Made by a program: the position numbers and the translations under genes. Positions 15,636-28,590 of a stretch of 64,000 nucleotides of DNA are shown here, piece by piece. Location of the stretch: assembly GCF_009914755.1 (NCBI RefSeq), contig NC_060947.1; one strand, written 5' to 3'. The DNA is from the human T2T-CHM13v2.0 reference genome, Homo sapiens. Positions within the stretch are counted from its first letter, which is position 1. Each line of letters begins with the position of its first letter. The notes under the pieces are model-generated. The model had not been told where the DNA came from, did not search any database, and saw only the letters and a list, made by a program, of their open reading frames with translations.

Positions 15636-16525
15636 TGTTGCACTAATCTATATTCCACTAACAGTATGCTAGGCTGTCCTTTTCACCACACCTTCACCAA
15701 CATTTGTTGTATCTTGTCCTTCTGATGATAGACACTTTAATGGGTGTGAGGTAATATCACAGAGGGATTTTAGTTTGCATTTCCCTGATAATTGGTGATA
15801 TCGAGAATATTTTCATATATCTATTGGCCACTTTTATGTCTCCTTTGGAGAAATATCTATTCATGTCTATTGCCCATTTTAATCATATTATTTGTTTTCT
15901 GCTATTGAGTAGTAAGAGTTATTTATAATTTTTGGACATTAATCCCTTATCAGATATGAGGTATGCAAATACTTTGTTTAGTCTTTACGTTGTTTTTCAT
16001 TTTATTGATTGTTTCCTTTGCTGTGAAACAATCTTTTGCGTTGAAAACAATGAGATTCTGTCATTTGACACAACATGGATGAAACTGAAGGACATTATGC
16101 TAAATGAAATAAGAGGCACAGAAGGAAAAGTATTACATGAAATTACTTGCACGTGGAGTCTCTTTAAAAAGACATCAAATATACAGATATAGCAAATAAA
16201 ACTTAGCAACTAGAAGTGGGGTATTTGGCCAGAGGAAATGAGTACATGTATTAGAGGTCAAAACATACAAAATAGTAGATATGTAGGATGAAGAAGTCTA
16301 GAGATATAATGTATAACATGAAGATTATAGTTAATACAATTGTACTGAATTAGAGATTTTTGTTAAATAAGTAAATTTTAGCTGCTCTTGTCAAGAAAAA
16401 AGTATGTGCGATAATATATGTGAATTTCCATCACTATAGTAAGCATTTTACCCTATTTGTCCCATAATATTATGATGTAAACCTAAAATATACACAATAA
16501 AGTGTATTTAAAATAAATAAAATTT
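15636..16525 (+). mobile_element. L1MA7-9-like 3' end with 5' inversion (antisense 15636-~16035, sense ~16040-16525)
   Basis: Antisense ORF2 3' sequence switches near ctgtgaaacaatcttttgcgttg to sense aatgagattctgtcatttgacacaacatggatg and runs to aataaa and an A-rich tail. Confidence 0.8.
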
Positions 16526-16737
16526 TAAAAAGTAAAAGAAAGTCTAAGATTTCTTATGATGAGCAAAAACATTTAAAATTAATTAAAAATTAGATTTCAT
16601 TGAAATTAGAAATTTCTGCTCCTGGAAAGACACTGTTGAAAGAGAATTAAAACACAAGTGACATACTGGGAGAACTATGTGCAAATCACATTTTTTTTTT
16701 AGACAGTGGTGCAAATATAAACATAATTCAGTGGAAA

Positions 16738-16851
16738 AAATATATATAAATACACACATATATATACACATATATACATATATACGAGTGTGTGTATATA
16801 TAATATATATACGAGTGTGTGTATATATGTGTGTGTATATATGTATATATA

Positions 16852-16908
<57 letters not shown>
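16738..16908. repeat. Compound (TA)/(CA)/(TG) microsatellite
   Basis: Alternating purine-pyrimidine tract read directly. Confidence 0.95.
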
Positions 16909-16910
<2 letters not shown>

Positions 16911-17260
16911 AATGGTTTGACTGTGTCCTCACCCAAATCTTACCTTGAATTGTAATAATCCCCATATGCCAAGGGCGGGGCCAGGTGGAGATAATTCAAT
17001 CATGAGAACGGTTACCCCTGTACTGTTCTCATGGTAGTGACTTAATCTGAAAAGTTCTGATGGTTTTATAAATGGGAGTTCCCCTACTGAAATCTCTTGC
17101 CTGCCACCATGTAAGACTTGGATTTGGTCCTCATTTGCCTTCCACCATAATTATGAGACCTCCCCAGCCATGTGGAACTGTGAGTTTGTTAAATCTCTTT
17201 CCTTTATAAATTACCCAGTCTCGGGTATGGCTTTATTAGCAGCATGTGAACAGAGTAATT
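16909..17260 (+). mobile_element. Solo THE1B-like LTR
   Basis: atggtttgactgtgtcctcacccaaatc...aaattacccagtctcgggtatg...ttattagcagcatgtgaacaga; termini eroded by the flanking TA repeats. Confidence 0.9.
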
Positions 17261-17447
17261 ATATATATATGTGTGTGTGTGTATATAGATATATATTATA
17301 TATATGTGTATATATATATATTGTATATATGTGTATATATATATATTATATATAGTGTATATATATAACAATTCCATATATATATATACTCTCTCTCTCT
17401 ATATATATATATATGTATATATATGTGTGTGTGTGTGTTTGTATGTG
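17260..17447. repeat. Compound (TA)/(TG)/(CT) microsatellite
   Basis: Read directly. Confidence 0.95.
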
Positions 17448-17620
17448 TGATAAAACAGGGTAAATAATGTGAATAAGCACTTCTCCCTAGAAGATACAAA
17501 AATGCCGATAAGCATGTAAAAATTTGTTAAACACTAGTTTTCATTAGGAAAGTAAAAATAAAAACCCCATCGAGATACCACTGCACATCTAATAGAATGG
17601 CTTAGAAAAGTAAGCCTCTT

Positions 17621-17680
17621 TCCGCCTGGGTGACAGAGTGAGACTTGTCTCACAAAAACAAAACAAAACAAAACAAAAAG
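17621..17680 (+). mobile_element. Severely 5'-truncated Alu (~30 bp plus (CAAAA)n tail)
   Basis: gcctgggtgacagagtgagacttgtctc plus tail; TSD aaaagtaagcctc(t/c)t at 17606-17620 and 17676-17690. Confidence 0.9.
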
Positions 17681-17773
17681 TAAGCCTCCTAATACCAAAA
17701 TGTTGGTAATGATGTAGAATGGACTAACTAACTGGAAAACCAGAACTTTATACATAGAGAGAATATGAAATGA

Positions 17774-18100
<327 letters not shown>

Positions 18101-18684
18101 CCTTTCTAATAAAGTTAAACTCACATGTGTTATGTAATGCAGTAATTACACTCCTAGATATCAATCAAAAAATAAAAACTAAAAATAACTGTCCACACAG
18201 GTTTGTACAAAAGTATTCATAAGTTCATTAATAGTAATATCACAAGACTAGAAACATAGGAAATGTCCATCAACAGGTGAATTGAATAAACAGAATATGC
18301 TGTATCCATACAAAGCAGTACTATTCAGCAATAAAATAATATGAATTACTGATATATAAAATAACATGGGTGAATCTCAAAAGCAGCAGGCTAAATAAGT
18401 CAGATAAAAAAGACTACATAATGTATAAATTCATTTATACCTCAATGATGTATACTTTTATTTGTATGTTTATTTCTATAACAGTTCTAGAAAAGGCTCA
18501 ATTTTATTGACAAAAAGCATAAGTTGCTTTTGCCTGGGATAAGGAGTGAAAGCATGGATTGAATGTCAGAGAGTAAAAGGGCAACTTTTTGAGATGAAGT
18601 AAATACTTTAAAACTTGATTGTGGTTTGTTGTCCAACTTGATGGTTGCACAACAGCACATATTTACTGAAACTCGTATCACTGA

Positions 18685-18981
<297 letters not shown>

Positions 18982-19129
18982 TGAATGTTTTTAATGATGT
19001 GATTTTTGTTATCTAAAACCTCAATAGAGTTGTTAAATAAAACCATCAAATAAAAAAATTTAATACATGGTTAAATGACAAGAAACACAGTGACACACAT
19101 AATGCTAGCATGATAACCATTACTGGTTT

Positions 19130-20498
19130 TAGGGGTTTTCTCGGCAAGATGGCTGACTAGATGCAACCAGGAGGAACACCTGCCACCAAGGAACCAGGAC
19201 ATCAGAAAGACTTGTGCACTCCTAGAATATCTTCGGAGAGAAGGCAATGAGAGTGGACAGAGGAAAGGCACAGATACTGAGCTGAAGAAGGAGGAGACTG
19301 GGAACTTTGAAAGGGCTACCTGTACACTGAGACTTGTTTCTGGCCCACAACAACTACTGGGGCAGGGGTGAGTAAAGCAGGCAAGGAGAAACCCACTCTT
19401 GCCACAGACCTCCGGAATCCCAACATGAGCAGACCACATGACCACCACAGACACTTGAGTTGGCAGGGAGAGGTGCTTAGAGAAATAATAGGGTCAGAAC
19501 TCCAGCCATTGCAAACCCCAGAGGTTTTGGTGCAGAAGTGCCTGTAGTAAAGGCCAGTCAAAAATGCCAATCTCTGTATGTTCAACTTGCTTCCATAGGA
19601 GATTTTAGCCCCAGGGGAAATGTTGAACCTGGACACTGGAGGCTGTCTTTCCCATGAGACAGAGCTGGTCTGACCTCAGCACCTTTTGGTCTGCTGGCCT
19701 TTCCTGTGACCCAAGCCTGAACATGACTTGGGTAGCAAGAGGGTTACCTCCTACGGGCCTACATCATAGCTCCTGCAATGGCAGATGACACCTGACTACA
19801 GAGAATTCTAGCAGAGTGACCCTTGCAGACACACAACAGCCTACCTGCACCCTCCCTACACTACAGCCTTTCCAGTGCCACTTTGCCTGCATGCACTTAC
19901 ACACGGCCACCTCCCATGTCACATTGTTGATGTGTGTGTGTGCACTAGCGACTCTTGCCTCCCATTACTCACCAAGTCCATGTATGTGTGTACCCTGCTG
20001 TGTCACTGCTGCTGGCATGAGTGCACAATGCGTCCCTTTTCCCTACTGCCCCACCACTGCCATTGGAACACTGGTGGGCACAAAGCCCAACAGCACCCCG
20101 CCCCTGTGGTAACACTTCCACTGGCATGAAACCAGGCACCTAGGCATGAAGAACAGTGAACACGTCCCTGCCCTGAATGGCCCCTGCTGCCTGTGTGAAT
20201 GTGCACGAGGGTGCACACATTCCTGCCACCACCAGCGACCCACACCCAGGCTAATACCACCACCAGCACAAACAGATGCACAGACACTTGCAGGGGTCCC
20301 CACCCTCTCTTGCCATGCTGCCAAGACTACTGCTGTGAACACCCACATGGAGGGCGACACCCACTAGCACTCCACCACAGGTGATGAGCATTTACTATGC
20401 CATGCTGCTGCTGCTTCTCTTCTTTCTCTTCTTCTTCTTCTTCTTCTTCTTCTTCTTCTTCTTCTTCTTCTTCTTCTTCTTCTTCTTCTTCTTCTTCT

Positions 20499-20539
<41 letters not shown>

Positions 20540-23500
20540 CTGGCATGTGCAAACAAGAACAGATGCCACTGCCACTGCCCTGTGAAGCACTTTGGCTAGC
20601 ACCACACTTCAGAATGTCGTGACCAGCAGTGAGAGAGCATCTTGGTCCCCACAGCGCAGCAGGTTCGTAACCTTGAGGAGCCAGAGAACAAACCTGCAGC
20701 CCAGTATCAGTCTCCAAGAATTAGAGCACATTATCCACAAGTCCTGATCTGAACCTTGTCCCCTAAAATCTTCCAGAAACACAGCCAATTTACTGGACCC
20801 ACCTTATATTACCATCAAATCTCCAAGGTCATCAAATAGTATAAAACAAAACAAAAAAATCCGAAGGGCAGCAACTTCAAAGATTGAAAGAACATCAGCC
20901 CACAAAGATTAGAAAAAACCAGTGCAAGAACTCTGATAACTCAAGAAGCCAGAGTGCCCTTTTTCCTCCAAACAACTGCACTAGTTTCCCAGCAATGGTT
21001 CTTAACCAAGCTGAGATGGCTGAAATGACAGAAATAGAATGCAGAATACAGGTAAGAATGAAGATCATAGAGATTCAAGAGAATGTTGAAACCCAATCCA
21101 AGGAAGCTAAGAATTACAATAAAGTAACACAGGAGCTGACAGAGAAAATAGCCAGTATAGAAAAGACAAAATCAACCTGATAGAGCTGAAAAACACACAA
21201 CAATAATTTCATAATGTAATCACAAATTTTAACAGCATAATAGACAAAGCTGAGTAAAGAATCTCAGAGTTTGCAGGCTGGCTTTCTGAAATAAGACATT
21301 CAGACAAGAATAAACAAAATATAAAAAGAAATTAACAAAACCTCTGAGAAATATGGAATAATGTAAGGAGAATAAATCTACAACATATTGGTGTTTTTGA
21401 AAGACATGGGCAGAATGGAAGCAACTTGGAAAATATATTTCAGGACAGCATCCATGATAACTTTCTCAACCGAGCTAGAGAGGCCAACATTCAAACTCAG
21501 GAAATGCAGAGAACTTCTACAAAATACTTACCAAAAAGATTATACCCAACACACAAATTCATCAGAATCTCCAAGGTTGAAATGAGAAAAAAAAAAAAAC
21601 TGATAAAGGCAGCTAGAGAGAAAGGACAGGCAACATACAAAGAGAAGCCCATTAAACTAACGGCATACCTCTGAGCAAAAACTCTAAAAGCCAGAAGACA
21701 TAAGGGGGCTATATTTAATATTCTTAAATAAAATAAATTGCAAGGAAGAATTAAATATCCAGGCAAACTAAGCTTCATAAGTGAAGGAGAAATAAGTTCC
21801 CCTTTAGAGAAGCAAATGCTGAGCAAATTCATTACCACCAGGCCTGCCTTAGCAGAGGTCCTGAAAAAGGCACGAATTATGGAAAAGAAAGACTATAACC
21901 AGCCACTACAAAAACACACTTAAGTACACAGATCAGTAACATTGTAAAGGAACCACACAAACAAGTCTGCATAATAACAAACTAACAGCATGATGACAGG
22001 ATCAAATCCATACATATCAATACTAATATGAATATCAAAAGGATAAATGACCCAATTAAAAGGGAGTGACAAGCTGGATACAAAAGTAAGATCCAGTGGA
22101 ATCGTGTCTTCAAGAGACCCATCTCACATGCAATGACATCCATATGTTCAAAATAAAGGCATGTCAAAAAGTCTACAAAGAAAATGGAAAACAGAAAAAA
22201 GCAAGGTTTGCAATACTAATTATACAAACAAAACAGACTTTACACCAGCAAAGATTAAAAAAAAAAAGACAAAGCATGGCATTACATAATGGTAAAGGGT
22301 TCAATTCAACAAGAAGACCTAAATATACTAAATATATATTCACCCAACACAGGAGCACCCAGATTCATAAAGCAAGTTCTTAGAGTTTTTAAAATAGACT
22401 CAGACTCCCAACAGTAATGGTGGGAGACTTCAACACCTCATTGATAGTATTAGACAGATCATTGAGAAAGAAAATTAACAAAGATATTTAGGACTGGAAC
22501 TCAACACTGAAGAAATGGACCAATAGACATCTACAGAACTGTCTTCCCCAAAACAACATAATATGCATTCTTCTCATGATGACACAGTATATAGTCTAAA
22601 ATCAACCACACAATTGTAATAAAATACTCCTCAGCAATTATAAAAGAAATGTAATCATGCCAACCATTCTCTCAGACCATAGCACAATAAAAATAGAAAT
22701 CAAGACTAAGAAAATTGCTCAATATCATACAATTACATGGAAATTAAACAACATGCTCCTGAATGACTGTTGGGTAAATAATGAAATTAAGGCAGAAATC
22801 AAGAAATTCTTTGAAACTAATGAGAGAAAAGCTCCAAAAAAACAGAATATCTGAGACATAGCCAAGGCAGTGTTACAATAAAAATTTATAGCACTAGATA
22901 CACACATCAAAATGTCAGAAAGATCTCAAATTATCAACCTAATGTAACAACAAAAAATCTAGAGAAGAAGAGCAAAACCAACTCCAAAGCTAGCAGACGA
23001 AAAGAAATAACCAAAATCAGAGAGAACTGAAGACTGAGACGAAAAAGTCCTTCAGAAGATTGATGAATCAAGAAGTTGTTTTTTGAAAAAATTAAAAACA
23101 TAGATAGAACATTAACTAGACTAATAAAGAAGAAAATAAAGAAGATTCAATGAAACCCAATTAGAAATAACAAATGGGATGTTACTACTGACCCCACAGA
23201 AATACAAATAACAATGAGACTACTATGAACACCTCAGTGCACATGGACTAGAAGAGCTAGAATAAATGAATAAACTCCTGAACACATAAACCCTCCCAAG
23301 ACTGAACCAGGAAGAAATTGGATCCCTGAATAAACCAATAAGGAACTCCAAAATTCAATCAGTAATATGTAGCTTACCAAACAAATAGCCTAGGAGTAGA
23401 AAGAATCACAGATGATTTCTACCAGACGCACAAAGAAGATCTATTACCATTTCTACTGAAACTATTTCAAAAATTTGAGAAGGGACTCCTCCCCAACTTA

Positions 23501-26007
23501 TTCTATGAGGGCAGCAACACCCTGATACCAAAATATGGCAGAGACAAAAAATAAAATAAAAATTTAGGCTAAAGTTCCATGAAGAACATCTATGCAAATT
23601 TTCTCAATGGAATACTAGCACACGAAATCCAGCAGCACATCAAAAAACTAATCTACAACAATCAAGTAGGATTTATCCCTAGGATGTAAGATTGGCTCAA
23701 TGTATGCAAATTAATAAATGTGATCCATCACATAAACATAACTAAAGACAAAAATCACAGGATTTTCTCAAAGATGTAGAAAAAACTTTGGATAAAATTA
23801 AACATCCCTTCATGTTAAAGACTCTCAATAAACTAGGTATTGAAGGAACATACCTTACAATAACAAGAGCCATTTATGACAAACCCACAGCCAACATCAT
23901 ACTGAAGGTTAAAAGCTGAATGCATTCCCTTTCAAAACTGGCACAAGACAAGGATGCCCTCTGTCACCATTCCTATTCAAAATAATATTGGAAGTCATGG
24001 CCAGAGCAATCAGGCAAGAGAAAGAACTAAAGGGTATCCCAAAGGAAGAGAGAAAATCAAACTATCTTTGTTTGCAAATGACATGATTCTACCTCTATAA
24101 AACCCCATAGTCTCAGTCTAAACGTTCTTTAATTGATAAGCAAATTCAGCAAAGTTTCAGAATACAAAATCAACATCTAAATCACTAGCATTCCTATACA
24201 ACAGCAAGAGCCAATCTCTTAGCCAAATTAGGAATGCAATCCAATTCACAATTGCCACAAAAAGAATGAAATACATAGTAATACAGCTAATCAGGGAGGT
24301 GAAAGATCTCCACAATGATAATTACAAAACACTGCTTAAAGAAATGGGAGATGACAAAACAAATGGAAAAACATTCCATACTCATGGAAAAGAAAATAAT
24401 TAATATCATTAAAATGGTCATACTGCCCAAAGCAATTTACAAATTCAATGCTATTTCTATTAAACTACCATTGAGATATTTCACAGAACTAGACAAACCA
24501 ATTTTAAAATTCACATGGAACCAAAAAAGAGTCCAAATAGCCAAGGCATTTCTAAGCAAATGGATCAAAGCTTGAGACAACATGCTGCCTGACTTAAAAC
24601 TACACTACAAGGCTACAGTAACCAAAACAGAATGGTACTGGCACAAAAACAGACACATAGACCAATGGAACAAAATAGAGAGCCTAAAAATAAGGCCACA
24701 CACTTGCAACAACCTGATCTCTGATAAAGCTGACAAAAACAAACAATGGGGATAAAGCTCCCTATTTAGTGAATGGTACTGGGATAACTAGCTAGCCACG
24801 TGCTGAAGATTAAAACTGGGCCCCTTTCTTACACCATATACAAAACTCAACTCAAAGTGGATAAAGACTTAAATGTAAATCTCAAAACTATAAAAACACT
24901 GGAAGATAACCTAGGCAATATCATTCTGGACATAGGAACTGGCAAAAATTTCATGATGTAGACACCAAAAGCAATTGCAACAAAAGGAAAAATGGACAAA
25001 TGCAATTTATTTGAACTAAAGAGGTTCTCTGCAAAACAAAAGAAATGATCAGAAGAGTAAACAGACAACCTATAGAATGGGAGAAAATACATGTAAACTA
25101 TGCATCTGAGGAAGGTCTAATATGTAGCCTCTATAGGGAAGTTAAATAAATTTCAAAAAAAAACATTAAAAATTGGGCAAGGGAAATGAACAGGCACATT
25201 TCAAAAGAAGACATACATGTGGCCAAGGAGCATATAAAAAAAGCTCAAAATCATGAAGCAGTAGATAAATGCAAATCAAAACCATGGTAAGATACCACCT
25301 CCCACCACTCAAAATGGGTATTGTTACAAAGTCACAAAGTAACAGATGCTAGTAACCTTGTGGAGATAAGGTAACACTTATGTACTGCTGGTGGAGTGCA
25401 AATTAGTTCAACCCTCACGGAAAGCAACGTGGCAGTTCCTCAAAGAGCTAAATAGAGAACTACCATTCAATCCAGCAATTTCTTTCCTGGGTATATACCC
25501 AAAGGAATATAAATTGTTCTATCATAAAGACATATGCATGTGTACATTCATTGCAGCACTAGTCACAATAGTGAAGACATGGAATTAGCCTAAATGTCCA
25601 TCAGTGGTAAACTGGATAAAGAAAATGTGCTACATATACACCATGGAATATGCAGCTATAAAAAAGCACAAGATCATATCCTTTGCAAGAAGATGGATAT
25701 TGCTGGAGGAGCTTATCCTTAGAAAACTAATGCAGGAACAGAAAACCAAATAATGTATGTTCTCACTTTAAGTGGTTGCTAAATCACGATAATACATGAA
25801 CAGAAAGGAGAGCAAGAGACACTGGAACCTGCCTGAGTATGCAGAGTGGGAGGAAGAAGAGCAACAGAAAAAATAACTACTGGGTACTAGACTTAGTACC
25901 TGGGTAATGAAATAATCTGTACAACAAAACCCCGTGACACGAGCTTACCTACATGACAAACCTGCACATGTATCACTGAACCTAAAATACATTTTTTTTA
26001 AAAAAAG
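19130..26007 (+). mobile_element. Full-length L1PA15/16-like element (5' UTR ~19130-20880, ORF1 ~20880-21920, ORF2 from 21993), inactivated
   Basis: 5' end ggcaagatggctgactagatgca; ORF1 and ORF2 remnants in the ORF track; 3' UTR aaataatctgtacaacaaaacccc...aacctaaaat; 15-bp TSD aaccattact(g/a)gttt at 19115-19129 and 26008-26022. Confidence 0.95.
20428..20538. repeat. (CTT)25(CTG)12 compound trinucleotide repeat
   Basis: CTT 20428-20502 and CTG 20503-20538, both uninterrupted. Confidence 0.97.
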
Positions 26008-26022
26008 AACCATTACTAGTTT

Positions 26023-26125
26023 CAAATCTTGGCTCAGCTACTCATTAGTTTTATACTTTTAGACAATTTTATTAAGACTTTAGTATATCAGTGTGTTAAA
26101 ACTATAAAATGAGTTAATAAATATA
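26023..26125 (+). mobile_element. MIR fragment
   Basis: ttcaaatcttggctcagctactcattag...ctataaaatgag resembles the MIR core. Confidence 0.55.
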
Positions 26126-26159
26126 TTTCAGCTTAAGAAAACACTTCTATAGGGAAATA

Positions 26160-26331
26160 TGTTTTGGTTACTGTAGCCTTGTAGTGTAGTTTTAAGTCAG
26201 GCAGCATGTTGTCTCAAGCTTTGCACCATTTGTTTAGAATTGCCTTGGCTATTTGGACTCTTTTTTGGTTCCATATGAATTTTAAAATTGGTTTGTCTAG
26301 TTCTGTGAAATATCTCAAAGGTAGTGTAATA
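26160..26331 (-). repeat. Inverted copy of L1 segment 24458-24629
   Basis: Reverse complement aligns ungapped with about 7 substitutions in 172 bp. Confidence 0.93.
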
Positions 26332-27465
26332 TTTGTGATTTGGGGCTAGGCAAATATTTCTTCAAACCTCAAAAACAAAATATAAAATTAAAAATTGAAA
26401 AATTAAATTTTATCACAATTTTAAATTTCTGCTTTTTGAAAAAGCAATATTAAGGTAATGGAAAGGCCACACAGCAGAAAAAAAAGTGTCAAAACATATA
26501 CCTGATAAATAACTTGTATCCAGAATATATAAATACCTCTTACATTCAATGCAAAGTGAAAAAAAACAATTTTTTAAATGAGCCAAAGATATATTTATGG
26601 CAAATAAGCAAATCAAAATGTGTTCAACATCATTATTCATTAGGAAAATACAATTAAAACCATAATGAAACATTGCATTATGCAAGCTAGAATGGCCAAA
26701 ATAAAACAACCACCACCACCACAACAACACACTGAAAATATTAAATGTTAGGGAGGATGTGGAGAAACTGACACCCTTATATATTGTTTTCAGGAAATAA
26801 AGCTGCTTTGGAAATATTTTGGCAGTTTCTTATGACATAAAATATACACTGATTGTGTTAGGGTTCTCTAGAGGGACAGAACAAATAAGATAGATGTATA
26901 TATAAAGAGGAGTTTATTAAGGAGTATTGACTCACACGATCACAAGGTGAAGTCTCACAAAAGGCCATCTGCAAGCTGAGGAGCAAGGAAGCCAGTTCGA
27001 ATCCCAAAACCTCAAAAGTAAGGAAGCTGACAGTGCAGCCTTCAATCTGCGGCCAAAGGACCCAGAGCCCCTGGTTTAAGTCACTGGCTTAAACCACTGG
27101 TTTAAGTCCAAGAGTCCAAAAGCTGAAGAATTCAGAGTGTGATATTCAAGGGCAGGAAGCATCCAGCAAGAGAGAAAGATGAAGGCTGGAAGACTGAGCA
27201 AGTGTGCTCATTCCGCTTTCATCTATCTCCTTTATTCTAGCCTTGCTGGCAGCTGATTAGATGGTGCCCACCCAGATTGAGCATGGGTCTGCCTCTCCTA
27301 GTCCACTGACTCAAATGTTAATCTCCTTTGGTAACACCCTCACAGACACGACTAGCAAGAATACTTTGCATCTTTCAATCCAATCAAGTTGACACTCAAT
27401 ATTAACCATCACACAGATCATGTGACCCAACAATCTCATCACTGGGTATTTATCTAAAATAAGTT
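26332..27465 (+). mobile_element. L1M 3' ORF2 remnant interrupted by an MLT2A LTR
   Basis: aaacatatacctgataaataacttgtatccagaatatataaa; tgttcaacatcatta; resumes catgtgacccaacaatc after the LTR. Confidence 0.75.
26854..27413 (-). mobile_element. Solo MLT2A (HERV-L) LTR
   Basis: agggttctctagagggacagaac...ttcaatccaatcaagttgacactcaatattaaccatcaca; 5-bp TSD c(t/a)gat. Confidence 0.92.
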
Positions 27466-27689
27466 TTTATCTATGGGGAAAAGTTTACACAAGGATAAAA
27501 GTCTGGTGGGAGGTGGAAGGTGTGTGTTCAGTGAAGATGTTAAGATACCAAAAATTAAAATTTCCCTGGCTGAGGCAATGCAATCAGATACTCATATTAC
27601 AGTGTGAATCAGATTATCTTATGAGTGTTCTTTATGGGAGGTAGTCATTGTAATGAATAAACTGTGAAAAGATGTCAGGTAGACATGTA

Positions 27690-28590
27690 TATGAATTCTG
27701 ACTATGACAGTTACTGACTGTATGAATTAATGACCTTTCGTGTTTCTAAATTTGTAAAATAAAGAAAATAATGGCACTAATTTTTAAGACTGTTCTGAAG
27801 ATTACATAAATGGAAACTACCAGTAGTTAATATTTATGGAGTACTTGCTATATGACAGGCCCTCTGGCAGCAATTTTCATGTATATTTTTATAAATACTT
27901 CACAAAAACTGTAAGAGATAAGAACTCTACTTTGAACATTAATGGAATCAGAAAAGTGAAAAATGTTAAATTCAGTCTACAGGTACTTTTGGAAGGGTCT
28001 ACACTATGCAGTGAGAAAATGGCCAGAACACTTCGCTCATCTTCCTTCACTGATAGACACTGTAGCTTTTGCTCATTCTGGTGGCATATTTTTCAATGAC
28101 TTTATTCTTTTTATCTGTGCTGATTGAATAGTGATGATGTGGATATGGAGCATGTTATACACTGTTGTGCTAAAAGAGATATATTAACACTATGACTAGT
28201 TGCCCAATTGGGCCCCTGAATATCAGCAGCTTTGTGGGTTATGTCCTCTAATGCCATTATTAATATTAAAACAACTACAGCTACTATTATCAGTAACAGA
28301 ATTAACATTTTTAGTGTAATTAAGATATGCCAAATATAATTACAGAAGTTACCTGTAGCATCTCATTTACCCTGTAAGGCAGCACTTTTCAGTTGAGGAA
28401 ATGAAAGTTTAGCATAGTAGGTAATTTGCCCAGAGTCTCACAGGATTAAGTTGTCAAGGGATATTAATACCCAAGATTATTATTTATTAAGTGATTGATT
28501 CATTTAATAAGTATTACAGAACATTTAGAATTTTCAGGGCACTTCGGATCCAATAGTGAGACATTCAAAGACCTTGTTCTTATAAAATCA
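27690..28590. mobile_element. Scattered ancient MIR and L2 fragments
   Basis: tttgtaaaataaagaaaataat (MIR-like); ttcagttgaggaaatgaaag...gtaatttgcccagagtctcaca (antisense MIR); tgattcatttaataagtatt (antisense L2 tail). Confidence 0.5.

Noticed and set aside
16583-17499. Y/I/H/T/C/V-rich ORFs
   Set aside because: Translations of dinucleotide microsatellites.
20327-20717. ORFs with poly-E/A, poly-S/R and poly-F/C tracts
   Set aside because: All frames are translations of the (CTT)n(CTG)n repeat in an L1 UTR; no gene context.
19130-26007. Potentially active full-length L1
   Set aside because: ORF1 and ORF2 are broken into fragments under 100 aa by many stops and frameshifts.
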